Of a DNA stretch of 64,000 bases, positions 12,340 to 22,633 are shown in pieces. The notes under the pieces are model-generated. The model saw nothing but the letters and a program-made list of their open reading frames with translations, was not told the origin of the DNA and ran no database searches. The translations under genes and the position numbers were made by a program. How positions within the stretch are numbered: position 1 is the first letter of the stretch; each line of letters opens with the position of its first letter. Origin of the DNA: Macrostomum hystrix (lineage: Eukaryota; Animalia; Platyhelminthes); NCBI GenBank assembly GCA_950097015.1, contig CATNEN010000008.1:3844001-3908000 (forward strand). The letters run 5' to 3'.

Positions 12340-14040
12340 TAGCGCCACCAGCTAGCACTACCAGCTAGCCCTACCAGCTATCTCCTAACCGCTCTATTAT
12401 CTAGCCCCGTCCTAGCAACCATCCAGCCCTACAAGCTAGCCCCTACCAGCCCTACAAGCTAGCCCGCACCAGCCCTACAAGCTAGCCCGCACCAGCCCTA
12501 CAAGCTAGCCCGCACCAGCCCTACAAGCTAGCCCGCACCAGCCCTACAAGCTAGCCCGCACCAGCCCTACAAGCTAGCCCGCACCAGCCCTACAAGCTAG
12601 CCCGCACCAGCCCTACAAGCTAGCCCCTACCAGCCCTACAAGCTAGCCCATACCAGCCCTACAAGCTAGCCCGCACCAGCCCAACCAGCTCAACCAGCTA
12701 GCCCCTACTAACTAGCCCTACCAGCTATCACCTAACAGCTCTACTATCTAGCCCCTACCAGCTATCCCATACTAACTAGCCCTACCAGCTATCCCCTACT
12801 AACTAGCCCTACCAGCTATCCCCTACTAACTAGCCCTACCAGCTATCCCCTACTAACTAGCCCCTGCCCCAACAAGCCCTACCATCTAGCCCCAACCAGC
12901 CTGCCAGCTAGCCCCAACCCCAACCTGCCCTGCCAGCCCTACAAGCTAGCTCCAACCAACCCCACTAGCTTGCCTCTACCAGCCCCTATCAGCTAGCCCC
13001 TACTAGCTAGCCTTACCAGCTATCCCCTAACAGCTCTATTATCTTTTCTAGCCCCTACCAGCTAGCCTCAAACTCTATTATTTTTATTCTAGCCACTACC
13101 AGTTATCCCCTAACAGCTCTACTATCTAGCCCCTACTAGCTATCCCCTAACAGCTCTACTATCTAGCCCCTAGGCTACCAGTTATCCCCTAACAGCTCTA
13201 CCATCTAGCCCCTACCAGCCTGCCCCTACTAGCTAGCCCTACCAGCTATCCCCTAACTCTATTATCTAGGCCTATGCTAGCTGCTACCAGCTATCCCCTA
13301 ACAGCTCTACCATCTAGCCCCTACTAGCTATCCCTACCAACTATGCTATTCCCTAACTCTATTATCTAGGCCTATGCTAGCCACTACCAGTTATCCCCTA
13401 ACAGCTCTACCATCTAGCCCCTACCAGCCTGCCCCTACTAGCTAGCCCTACCAACTATGCTATCCCCTAACTCTATTATCTAGGCCTATGCTAGCCACTA
13501 CCAGTTATCCCCTAACAGCTCTACTATCTAGCCCCTACTAGCTATCCCCTAACAGCTCTACTATCTAGCCCCTAGGCTACCAGTTATCCCCTAACAGCTC
13601 TACCATCTAGCCCCTACCAGCCTGCCCCTACTAGCTAGCCCTACCAGCTATCCCCTAACTCTATTATCTAGGCCTATGCTAGCTGCTACCAGCTATCCCC
13701 TAACAGCTCTACCATCTAGCCCCTACTAGCTATCCCTACCAACTATGCTATTCCCTAACTCTATTATCTAGGCCTATGCTAGCCACTACCAGTTATCCCC
13801 TAACAGCTCTACCATCTAGCCCCTACCAGCCTGCCCCTACTAGCTAGCCTTACCAACTATGCTATCCCCTAACTCTATTATCTAGGCCTATGCTAGCCAC
13901 TACCAGTTATCCCCTAACAGCTCTACTATCTAGCCCCTACTAGCTATCCCCTAACAGCTCTACCATCTAGCCCCTACCAGCCTGCCCCTACTAGCTAGCC
14001 CTACCAGCTAGCCTACTACAAGCTCTACTATCTAGCCCCT
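12340..14040 (-). repeat. Right inverted terminal array (C-rich on + strand), including a 20-bp CCAGCCCTACAAGCTAGCCC(G)CA sub-array at ~12425-12680
   Basis: Tandem higher-order repeats; reverse complement of 1-1080. Confidence 0.9.
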
Positions 14041-15512
14041 GCCTATTTATTGCCTTAGACAGGCAGGCTATATTAGCTTATGAAATGGACTGTATATATA
14101 GATTATAGAGCTATGGACATTTGATTTTATATTTAATAAATTATATGTAAAAGCCTTGGTTACTTATGCATATAGACATTGCAATGGCATTGGAATAATT
14201 TATGGTTATTTATTTAAGCCTTTGACTATAGCTATAAGCCTAGTATGTGATAGTAAGCTAGCTGAATTATTCATTTACAAGTCAATACATAGAAGTAATT
14301 ATAAATTTAGGGGATCAGGTACATCAACAATTTAAATTGGGCCTAAATCCAAAAAGAAAGCTAATAGGCCTAGCTAATATTAGGCCTAATATTAATACTT
14401 GCCCATTTAAGACAGCTAGAAATACAATTTTAGTTCAAATAATACTATACAGGCATGCAGCTAAACTAGTTCTAGCCTTTTTATTAACTAACTGACAGTT
14501 TTGTTCAAGCCAATTATCGATTCTATTGTGCACCATTGGACCACTAAATAGATATCATAAAGGATTACAATAATGCAGTAGAGAGATTCTCTTCTATCTT
14601 GAATTGTCAAGAGTCTTTTTGGCATTTAGAATAGATTCTCACATTTAAATACTGTACAAATTAAAATACTACTACTAAAAATACATTTATATATAGCTAA
14701 TTGCTATATAACTACTTGCTATATAACTAATACTAAGCGTCTATTTCTGCAGTGTAGCGTAGATCCTCCCTATTAAATTGGACTATCGAGCCTAATTAAA
14801 CTGAAAGAGCATGCTCTTAGAACACGGAGCATGCGCCGAGTAGCCTATGATGCGCTCCTCGTGCATGCTCCGAAATCGTTTCTTAGGCTGACTACCGTGT
14901 CAACACGGGTGAAATTTTACATTTTGTTTTTCTTTTTGTTCTTTGTGTTCTCAATCACATCCATCAATCACATGCCACCATATATGATTCGGTTGCAAAT
15001 GTTAATAGAGCATCAATAGCTCCTTTTCGTTTATCTACAAGCGATTATTATGCATCAATACGATCCGCAAAAGATTAGCTTTTCTCTATGCATCGTATAT
15101 GCCTCGGCGTCGGAGCAGTTGAGATTATAGTCGATCTAGCTTAGAAACCTGTTCTGCTAAATATACACTCCGATAAAAAAACGCTTTCGCTACTGCTTGA
15201 CCTTTATGTCTCAGTTTTAATGTGGATTAAGTGGAATGACGGGGAAAAGGTACTTCTTCGAATAGACATAAAACGTTTTTTTGTCCTCGCTCATTTTTTA
15301 CATTGAGTCGACACAAAATAGATACTTGAATTTTACTGGAAGGTTGTGTAAGTAAATAGTTTCACTGTAATTTCGTATATTATTATATGCTCGTAGAAAA
15401 AAGCATGTAAAGATTTTAATTTGTATGCACGGGTGCAAAGAAAGTTTAATCGTGTTTTTGATTAAAATAAAGGGCGATTCCAGTGACCACATAAAAGTTC
15501 AGAAATCAATAC

Positions 15513-16267
15513 TGTCGTAGGGCTCCTTACTTAAATCTTACAGCTGCCACTAAGTTGTCGTAGGCTCTCTCCTCTTTGGGTTTAAATATCACCGATACTC
15601 TTTTATTAAATATTAACAATTGCTTATTTCACACCTTGAATTAACCTTTGAAATAACTCTTAATTTCCCTTGTCTATGACTTAGTTATTCTTCATAGGCT
15701 AGCTATGTATCCTCTTATTGCATATGCATATATTGTTTAACTTGGCCAGATAGGCTGCTTTCCTTCCAAAATTGGTAGCGTTCTCACGAGTGTCCGAGCG
15801 GCAAGACACTTCTTCCTCTCCTTACTTACTCACAACTGTCTGGCTCTCTGGTTTGTTCCCAGTCTTTCAAGGCTTCCAATGGACTGAAGTTGCCCAACTT
15901 TGCACACAGTGCTATTCCACCAATCAGGATTTTACCCTCAGCTCTTTAGTTTTACACTCTACTACGGCTTTTTATAACTATCTCCTTCTTTATTCTTTCG
16001 AATGTTCACCAACTTGTGTATTATCACAGACCTGCTTTTCTCCTTCTCTCTAAAATAATTGAATTCAAACACTTTGAGATTTATTCTCCTTTGTTTTCTC
16101 AGAACTGGGCACGGGGCACCGGTTGGGGATTTTGGGCAAAACTGCATCTATATTTATAGCAAAATTGGGGTGGATGATACGGTGTATTATAACAAAATGA
16201 AAATCGGGAAAAAGCATTTGGCGGGAATTCAACTTATAATTCTACGATAAAATTTGGGCCTGCCTCA
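15513..16267 (-). repeat. 3' LTR (755 bp)
   Basis: Direct repeat of 23594-24348 at a constant offset of 8081; TG...CA ends; TATA-like CTATAAATA on the - strand at ~16150. Confidence 0.97.
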
Positions 16268-16282
16268 ACTGGCTTCCCCTAT
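16268..16282 (-). promoter_or_regulatory. Polypurine tract
   Basis: ATAGGGGAAGCCAGT on the - strand immediately before the 3' LTR. Confidence 0.8.
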
Positions 16283-16334
16283 ATAAATTTTGGAATAAGA
16301 AATACAACGCGTGACAAAATTTATAATAATAATA

Positions 16335-16495
16335 GCATACATAAAAACGGGTAGCAAAAATAGCATACACACAAAGTAAAATGGGTAGTAAAAATAGCAT
16401 ACACACAAAGTAAAACGGGTAGCAAAAATAGCATACACACAAAGTAAAACGGGTAGCAAAAATAGCATACACACAAAGTAAAACGGGTGACAAAC
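16335..16495. repeat. 34-bp tandem repeat (~5 copies) in the retrotransposon 3' UTR
   Basis: AAAACGGGTAGCAAAAATAGCATACACACAAAGT repeated. Confidence 0.9.
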
Positions 16496-16523
16496 GTTAT
16501 AGTAACACGGTTAGATTGTCCTT

Positions 16524-17609
16524 TTAAGAAAAGTAGCACTCCTCGGTCAGTCTTTCGTTGCGGGGCCATCCCACTGTGCTGGCCATCCACCTCAACTCAA
16601 TGTTGAGAGGAATGCGATTTACTGGCAGTGGGCTGCGATTGATAACCTTCCGCGCATACTGCACAGCTCTCTTCCAGGCAGTTATACAGTGCGCCCTTGA
16701 GAACTTCTCGCATAGCACTCGCATGACGGAGTAAATTGCAGCTCGCTGTGGGTACCGCCGGTCGTTGTTGAATAGTCCAGCGTCCAGAATGTAGCCTTTC
16801 ATGTGCCGAATCAGCCGTTTGAAATGCTCGTGCTGAGCATGTGGGATCTCCGCCATTGTTCGGGCGAATTCTTGGTTCTCCACGGATTCCATGCTGGCAT
16901 CGTCCTCGTCATCCATCGGCTGTGGCGACTGCTGCGACGGCTGCGGCTGTGGCTGCTGGTACAGAGGCTGCTGCTGTGGCGGCTGTTGCTGCGATGGCTG
17001 GGGCTGTTGCTGCTGCTGCGACGGCTGCGACTGTGGCTGCTGGTACAAAGGCTGCTGTGGCTGCTGTTGCTGCGATGGCTGGGGCTGTTGCTGCGGCTGA
17101 GGAACCGGCTTTGGGGCTATTGGCCGCTGTCCGGCCATACGTCGGCCCGGCTCCTGGCTCGGCGCAGCAATGACTTTGGTGGATCTAGCTCCTTCCATTC
17201 GTCCATCCTGAGCAGCTTCCGCTTCTGCCACCGGCGCAATCGCCTGCTGCCGGAGTAGATTAACTCTCGTGGTAGCATCGAGGAACACTGGCAGTCTCGA
17301 ACTGGGCAGCTTTCTCTTACTGGCGACTCCTTCCTGTACCGATGTGGCAGCTCGCTTCTGGCTGTTTGCCCTCGACTGCTGGCCAACCATAGACGGTTGC
17401 GTCCTCTGCCGCAATGGCGCCTCGAGTTCTTCCGACTCATCGATAATTGCTTGAACAATATCTACTTCGCCATCTCCGGCTTCCTTATTCTTAGTCTGCT
17501 CTGCTCTGTCAGGTTCAACATTCTCGCTGTCCGAAAAATCCACGGTAACAGCTTCTAATAGCTTCTCGAATTCACTTACGCTCATGGCGGCTTCTTTATC
17601 TTGTTCCAT
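16524..17609 (-). CDS. Retrotransposon ORF3, non-env, Gln/Pro-rich linker and helical C-terminal domain, unknown function
   Basis: Open frame 16524-17681 between pol and the PPT; likely ATG at 17609 (GCAATGG). No hydrophobic TM segment or signal peptide is visible. Confidence 0.7.
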   Translation of the reverse strand: MEQDKEAAMSVSEFEKLLEAVTVDFSDSENVEPDRAEQTKNKEAGDGEVDIVQAIIDESEELEAPLRQRTQPSMVGQQSRANSQKRAATSVQEGVASKRKLPSSRLPVFLDATTRVNLLRQQAIAPVAEAEAAQDGRMEGARSTKVIAAPSQEPGRRMAGQRPIAPKPVPQPQQQPQPSQQQQPQQPLYQQPQSQPSQQQQQPQPSQQQPPQQQPLYQQPQPQPSQQSPQPMDDEDDASMESVENQEFARTMAEIPHAQHEHFKRLIRHMKGYILDAGLFNNDRRYPQRAAIYSVMRVLCEKFSRAHCITAWKRAVQYARKVINRSPLPVNRIPLNIELRWMASTVGWPRNERLTEECYFS

Positions 17610-17684
17610 TGCGGACTTGCTTTCTTTGTCAGTATGACTTCTCTCTCTCTCTCTGTATGTTTGTTTGCCTTCCCAGAGCACTGG

Positions 17685-17765
17685 TTTATATAGGCGTGAG
17701 GCTGACGCGCATCATTGTGTCTCAGATTTCATTGGGCTATACTGGCTTATTCTTAATCCTATTGG
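17685..17765 (-). promoter_or_regulatory. Candidate internal promoter for ORF3 (two CCAAT boxes and a TATATAAA)
   Basis: - strand CCAAT at 17761-17765 and 17731-17735, TATATAAA at 17685-17692, about 75 nt upstream of ATG 17609. Confidence 0.45.
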
Positions 17766-17884
17766 ATCCCTACTTGATTTCAATTAACCCCTACCTAATT
17801 GACTGGAAGTGGCTAACCCCTACTCCCTTTCTATCCCTTGCACGTGGTTTCCTTGTGTTACTATTGCGTCACCCCAATCTCTGC

Positions 17885-20800
17885 CTAGATCTGTAAATTC
17901 CCAAGTATACTGAACACAGTGGCAAGCCTCTGCAAATAGCCTTCAAACCTCGCGGGGGGTCTGATTTGTCTGCGCGGACGGCTTGTCACTCCTTCCCTTT
18001 CTTCATTCTGTGCAATGTACATGCCTCCTTCTGAGGTGGCTGTCGCCAGACCCTCAGCTGTCCCTTCGCTTTCGCTCTCCTCTTCACTGCTCGTAGCCTC
18101 AGGCTCGGTGTGTGATTCATCCTCCACTTCTATCTCAGCTCCTAGTTCCAAATCTTCTCCATTAATTTCACTTGGGTTTTCTCTAAAATGACATTGCCAT
18201 TCTAATCTGTCTTCTTCCTCTTCGGATTCATCTTCCTCTGTTAGAACAGGTCTTTCCTTTTCCTTCGGCTGGCTTCCCCTAACTTTGACCTCTGTCTTCT
18301 TAGCTTTCTTCTCTGGTGCGGCCTGGCTTCCCCTAATTAATTCCTCTTGGGTCGAATTAGGCACAATAGTTATGTTGTCTCTATGGACAATCATGACATT
18401 GCCCACTAGTTGTCCTGGCTCCTCCTTTTGCACACGAAACACTACATCTGAGATTTGCTCTATTACTCTGAAGGCTGATCTCTTTTTCCTATGAAATTTG
18501 TGAGATTCCTCACTGTCCAACTGTGGATTATTAATCAACACAAGACTTCCAACTGGGACTGTCTTAGGCAATTTGCTGTTTTTCGCAGACTCTTGTCTGT
18601 TACTGACAACCTTCTCCAATTTTCTTTTGACAATGTCTCTCGCAATCTTCAATCGTTCGGCATGTTCTGTCACATAAGATGGATAACTGGCGAATGACTT
18701 TGGTTGGCTGATTTGACTGTCCATAGGCAATACTGCTTCCCGTCCAAATAACAGGTAGTGGGGAGTAAAGCCTGTGGTTTTGTTCACACTAGTGCGGACA
18801 GCAACTAATGCAGCTGGGATCATAAGGTCCCAATCACTGTGATCTTTCTCAATGAGACAGGTTACTATTGATTTAATTTGCTTGTTAAATCTCTCCACCA
18901 ATCCATTGCTTTGGGCATGGTAGGGTGTTGTAAACGTATGCTTCACGTTATACATTTCGCAAAAAGCTTTGAACTGCTTGCTAGCGAATGCCTTGCCATT
19001 GTCTGTGTGTAACCACTGACATTGCCCATACTCTGCGAAGATTCTTTCCTGTAAGATTTTGATCACAGTATCTGACTTTTGATTTCTAGTTGGGAATGCA
19101 AACGGATATCGAGTGGTGCTATCCACAATAGTTAGGACATACTTGTGCCCTCTTTTGCTCTCCTTGGATAGTGGTCCTATAAAATCGACATGCAGGCGGT
19201 GAAAAGGTTCACTTATAGGGAACGATTGCACTGGCGCCTGAATCGGGTTTCCTCTCTTGCTTTCCAGGCACGGAATACACTCTGCGATATGAGCTTCCAC
19301 TGCTTTGACCAATCCTGGTCTCCAAAATCTCTGCCTGACACGTTGAATTGTTTTATCGCGTCCCAAATGTCCTGCTAGTGGGCTATCATGCAGATCGCTG
19401 AGAACTAGCTTATCCAAGGACTGGGGCAGTACAACTTTCCAACTGTCATCTTCGCTAATGATTAGCATCTCATTCTCTACCTTCATATCCTCAAAGAATT
19501 TCCTCATCTTCTTCAATTCTGGGCTGACAATTTCTGGTAACTGGGGATTGTTCTCTCCTGATTTCTTCCATTCAATTAGCACTTTAATTACTGGGTCATC
19601 TCTTTGTGACGCAATAATTTGCTCTCGTTTCAATGGGCTGGGTAAGAAATCGGTCAATAACTTCTCGCACTTGCTACTTGTTGCTTGCAGCATATCCTCA
19701 CTCTCAATAGGATTAAATTCTTCAGGAACTGGACTCGGAAGCGGAATGCTGGAGTCATGTTCAAGTTCACTGGGAATTCTCACCTCTCCTTGTCCTGAGA
19801 TAGTAGACTGGATCCTGCTATTGGGATCTAACGTCTTTTTCTCTCCTTCACTTAGGGCAGTCTGGGGCTGTGTCAAGCTATATAAGCTATCATTAGCCTT
19901 GACTTCCTGTCCTGACTCTTCCATTACACTGCAGCTTTGCACTATCGGCTCAATAACTTGCTCTGCTTCAGGGACATCAGCTGGGCTTCTTGACAGACTG
20001 TCAGCATTTTGGTTCTTTGCACCGCTTCTGTGTTCTATATCGAACGAGAATTCGTTTAGGCGCTCGACCCACCGACCAAGAATTCCTTGAGCTTCTGTTT
20101 GCCTTAACAGCCAAATTATCGCCTTATGATCCGTTCTTGCCAAAAACTTCTTGCCTAACAGGTAGAAACGGAAATGCCTCATGGCATCCACTAGGGCTAA
20201 GAGTTCCTTTCTAGTGATAGGGTAGCGTTTTTCCGACTCTTTCATAGCTCGGCTGAAATAAGCTATGGGTCTCTCTATGCCATCTGATTGGATCTGGCTA
20301 AGTACAGCGCCAATACGGCTATCACTTGCATCGGTATCCAATACCATCTTTACCTTCTCGTCATCCACAAATTCGGGATACGCTAATACTTCAGTGGACA
20401 TCATCCGGTTCTTTAGCGACTCAAACGCTTCGTCATGCTCTTTGCTCCATCTCTCTTGAAAGTTCTTAATTCCTTTCCTTGTTAACTGGAAAAGGGGATG
20501 GGCAGCTTCTGCATAATTTTTAATGAAGCGGCTATAGTAATTACATAGGCCAAGGAAACTGCGCAACTCTTTTACATCTTTTGGCTTCGGCCAGGTCTTA
20601 ATAGCTTCAATCTTCGTCTCATCCGTACGGATACCTTCTGTACTGATCACATGTCCTAAGTACTTTAACTCTCTATGAAAAAGGTTACATTTCTTTGGCC
20701 TTAGCTTCAATCCTGCGATTATTAATCTCTTGAACACTTCCTTTAGATGGGAAAGGTGGTCATTAAAGTTCTTCGAATAGGTAACTATATCGTCTATATA

Positions 20801-22633
20801 CGACATAGCAAATTGATGTTGAATCCCTAAAAGTACAAGATTCATGAGCCTCTGGAAGGTTCCTGGGGCATTGGACAAACCTTGCGCCATAACCTCATAC
20901 TCAAACTGGCCTCGGGTTAAAGTAGAGAAGGCGGTCATGAACTTGTGTTCTTCCTTTATCGGCACCTGCCAATAACCAGAATTCAAATCGAGACTACTAA
21001 AGTACTGACTACCAGATAAATAGGTGAAAGTCTGATGAATGTTAGGAAGCGGATACGGAACATAGTTCACCTTCGAGTTTAACACTCTAAAATCGCTCAC
21101 AATCCGTATGGATCCGTCCTTTTTCGGCACAATGACTAATGGAGTAGAATAAGTTGAATAACTGGGCCTGATTAAATTTTTAGCCAACATGTCATCCAAC
21201 TGTGTGTCGACTTGCTTTTGGAGATGGGGTGGTATTCTCCTAGTTGGGATCCTCACGGGAGTCTCATCCTTCAGTGAGATCTCATGTGTGATCAGATGGG
21301 TTAAACCCATATCCAACTCATTCTGTGAAAAAGCTTCACGATGCTCTTTCATCAATTCAATCACTGACTTCCTTTGATCATCGGTAAGATCTTGACCAAT
21401 CTTGACCTCATGGATCCACGCATCTTCCACAGTCTGTGTCTGATTGACTCGTCCGGTAGGTTGACTGACTACTTCTTTTTCGGCTTCGAAATATTTCAAT
21501 TCACTTGCCTTCACTGGTTTGGCTAGGCCTACCAATGTTGACTTCGACAGCTTCACCTCAACTGAATTGTTATTCACAATCTCCACAATGGCGGACCCTT
21601 CTCGCATTGTGACTAGAGTGGGAGCCATCTCGACTGTCAATTCTTTGGCTTTTACGCCTTCGCCAATCATACTCACTGTCATAGGTGTTCCAAAATTGCA
21701 CTCGGCATCTCTCGCCAATCTCACTGGGATTCTCAACGCACTATTTGCAGGAATCACTACTTTCTCCTGAGTATACACTCTGCATACTTTTACAGGTAGA
21801 TGAGTGAACTGCATAGGAATGCTTGCTCCTTCATTTAGAATCAACATGCCTTTAGCAAGATGAATGCTATCACAATGTCCTAGGAAAAATTCCATTCCTA
21901 AGATATTGTCGCTCTCATGTCCACACAAAAGGAATTCTATTTCTATCTGGATGTCTCCGAATCTAACTGGAATACAACTCTCGCCTTCCAATTGTACTCT
22001 GGTTCCGTCGAAAGTAGAGACTCGCTTGTCTGTACTTCTTATCTGTTCTGGCTTAAGTAATTTTGACCAAATAGATTTGCTCAAAAAGCTGTTCCTAGCC
22101 CCTGTGTCTAGGATAAAATTAATTTCCTGATTCTTAAATTTTCCTACAATTACAGCTTCAAATCCTTCAGGTTTAATAAGTTCTAGTTTAGAATTAGAAA
22201 CAAATACTTTGCGTTTGTTCTCACGTGTCCTTGAGTATTTTCCAGATGTTGCGGCGTCTGATCTCGGTGCTGATACTTCGGAAGCTGGTTCCTCCAGGAT
22301 TGACATGCAGGGGGCTGACGCAATGGTTGCTGATACAGATGCCGCTGGGGCTAACGCAATGGGTGCTGACGCAGATGGTGCTGACGCAATGGGTGCTGAC
22401 GCAGATGGTGCTAACGCAGATGGTGCTAACGCAAATGGTGCTGACGCAGATGGTGCTGACGCAATAGGTGCTGACGCAGATGGTGCTGACGCAGGGTAAC
22501 TCGATTGCTTTTGTGCATTACGCAAATTCGACGACTGGGCTTGGTATCGCCGATTCTTAGAGGCCTGAGGTTCGAATCGGGGTTTACTAGAGGGGCGCGG
22601 CCTCGACTCTCGTCCCTCGATATTCAGTTTCCC
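17885..22633 (-). CDS. pol: Pol polyprotein (protease, RT, RNase H, integrase), reached by -1 frameshift from gag
   Basis: LDTGA protease; LDLNSGYWQ, QGL.NAP, YIDD RT; DASD..IGAVL RNase H; H-x5-H..C-x2-C zinc finger and DFIGP..DNG..NG.VER integrase core. Frame is open from the slippery site at 22633. An 18-bp repeat (ASAPSA) lies at ~22330-22500. Confidence 0.95.
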   Translation of the reverse strand, partial: GKLNIEGRESRPRPSSKPRFEPQASKNRRYQAQSSNLRNAQKQSSYPASAPSASAPIASAPSASAPFALAPSALAPSASAPIASAPSASAPIALAPAASVSATIASAPCMSILEEPASEVSAPRSDAATSGKYSRTRENKRKVFVSNSKLELIKPEGFEAVIVGKFKNQEINFILDTGARNSFLSKSIWSKLLKPEQIRSTDKRVSTFDGTRVQLEGESCIPVRFGDIQIEIEFLLCGHESDNILGMEFFLGHCDSIHLAKGMLILNEGASIPMQFTHLPVKVCRVYTQEKVVIPANSALRIPVRLARDAECNFGTPMTVSMIGEGVKAKELTVEMAPTLVTMREGSAIVEIVNNNSVEVKLSKSTLVGLAKPVKASELKYFEAEKEVVSQPTGRVNQTQTVEDAWIHEVKIGQDLTDDQRKSVIELMKEHREAFSQNELDMGLTHLITHEISLKDETPVRIPTRRIPPHLQKQVDTQLDDMLAKNLIRPSYSTYSTPLVIVPKKDGSIRIVSDFRVLNSKVNYVPYPLPNIHQTFTYLSGSQYFSSLDLNSGYWQVPIKEEHKFMTAFSTLTRGQFEYEVMAQGLSNAPGTFQRLMNLVLLGIQHQFAMSYIDDIVTYSKNFNDHLSHLKEVFKRLIIAGLKLRPKKCNLFHRELKYLGHVISTEGIRTDETKIEAIKTWPKPKDVKELRSFLGLCNYYSRFIKNYAEAAHPLFQLTRKGIKNFQERWSKEHDEAFESLKNRMMSTEVLAYPEFVDDEKVKMVLDTDASDSRIGAVLSQIQSDGIERPIAYFSRAMKESEKRYPITRKELLALVDAMRHFRFYLLGKKFLARTDHKAIIWLLRQTEAQGILGRWVERLNEFSFDIEHRSGAKNQNADSLSRSPADVPEAEQVIEPIVQSCSVMEESGQEVKANDSLYSLTQPQTALSEGEKKTLDPNSRIQSTISGQGEVRIPSELEHDSSIPLPSPVPEEFNPIESEDMLQATSSKCEKLLTDFLPSPLKREQIIASQRDDPVIKVLIEWKKSGENNPQLPEIVSPELKKMRKFFEDMKVENEMLIISEDDSWKVVLPQSLDKLVLSDLHDSPLAGHLGRDKTIQRVRQRFWRPGLVKAVEAHIAECIPCLESKRGNPIQAPVQSFPISEPFHRLHVDFIGPLSKESKRGHKYVLTIVDSTTRYPFAFPTRNQKSDTVIKILQERIFAEYGQCQWLHTDNGKAFASKQFKAFCEMYNVKHTFTTPYHAQSNGLVERFNKQIKSIVTCLIEKDHSDWDLMIPAALVAVRTSVNKTTGFTPHYLLFGREAVLPMDSQISQPKSFASYPSYVTEHAERLKIARDIVKRKLEKVVSNRQESAKNSKLPKTVPVGSLVLINNPQLDSEESHKFHRKKRSAFRVIEQISDVVFRVQKEEPGQLVGNVMIVHRDNITIVPNSTQEELIRGSQAAPEKKAKKTEVKVRGSQPKEKERPVLTEEDESEEEEDRLEWQCHFRENPSEINGEDLELGAEIEVEDESHTEPEATSSEEESESEGTAEGLATATSEGGMYIAQNEEREGVTSRPRRQIRPPARFEGYLQRLATVFSILGNLQI

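Larger units (their letters stand above)
1..14040 (-). mobile_element. KDZ (Kyakuja-Dileera-Zisupton) DNA transposon with long foldback-type inverted terminal arrays; left end outside window, exact right end not determined
   Basis: The G-rich array at 1-~1080 is the reverse complement of the array at ~12340-14040 (e.g. 703-930 matches 12862-13090 nearly base for base; 1-110 matches 13491-13600). The arrays enclose a KDZ transposase gene and a second convergent gene. No TSD can be tested because the left end is missing. Confidence 0.8.

Noticed and set aside
14825-14872. CGGAGCATGC/GCATGCTCCG hairpin (Helitron end?)
   Set aside because: Only a 10-bp stem with a long loop and no nearby CTRR terminus or other supporting feature.
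16891-17100. Cys-rich metallothionein/keratin-associated-like ORF on +
   Set aside because: It is the antisense reading of the CAG/CCG-rich Gln-Pro linker of ORF3.
16524-17681. env gene
   Set aside because: No signal peptide, furin site or transmembrane segment is visible.
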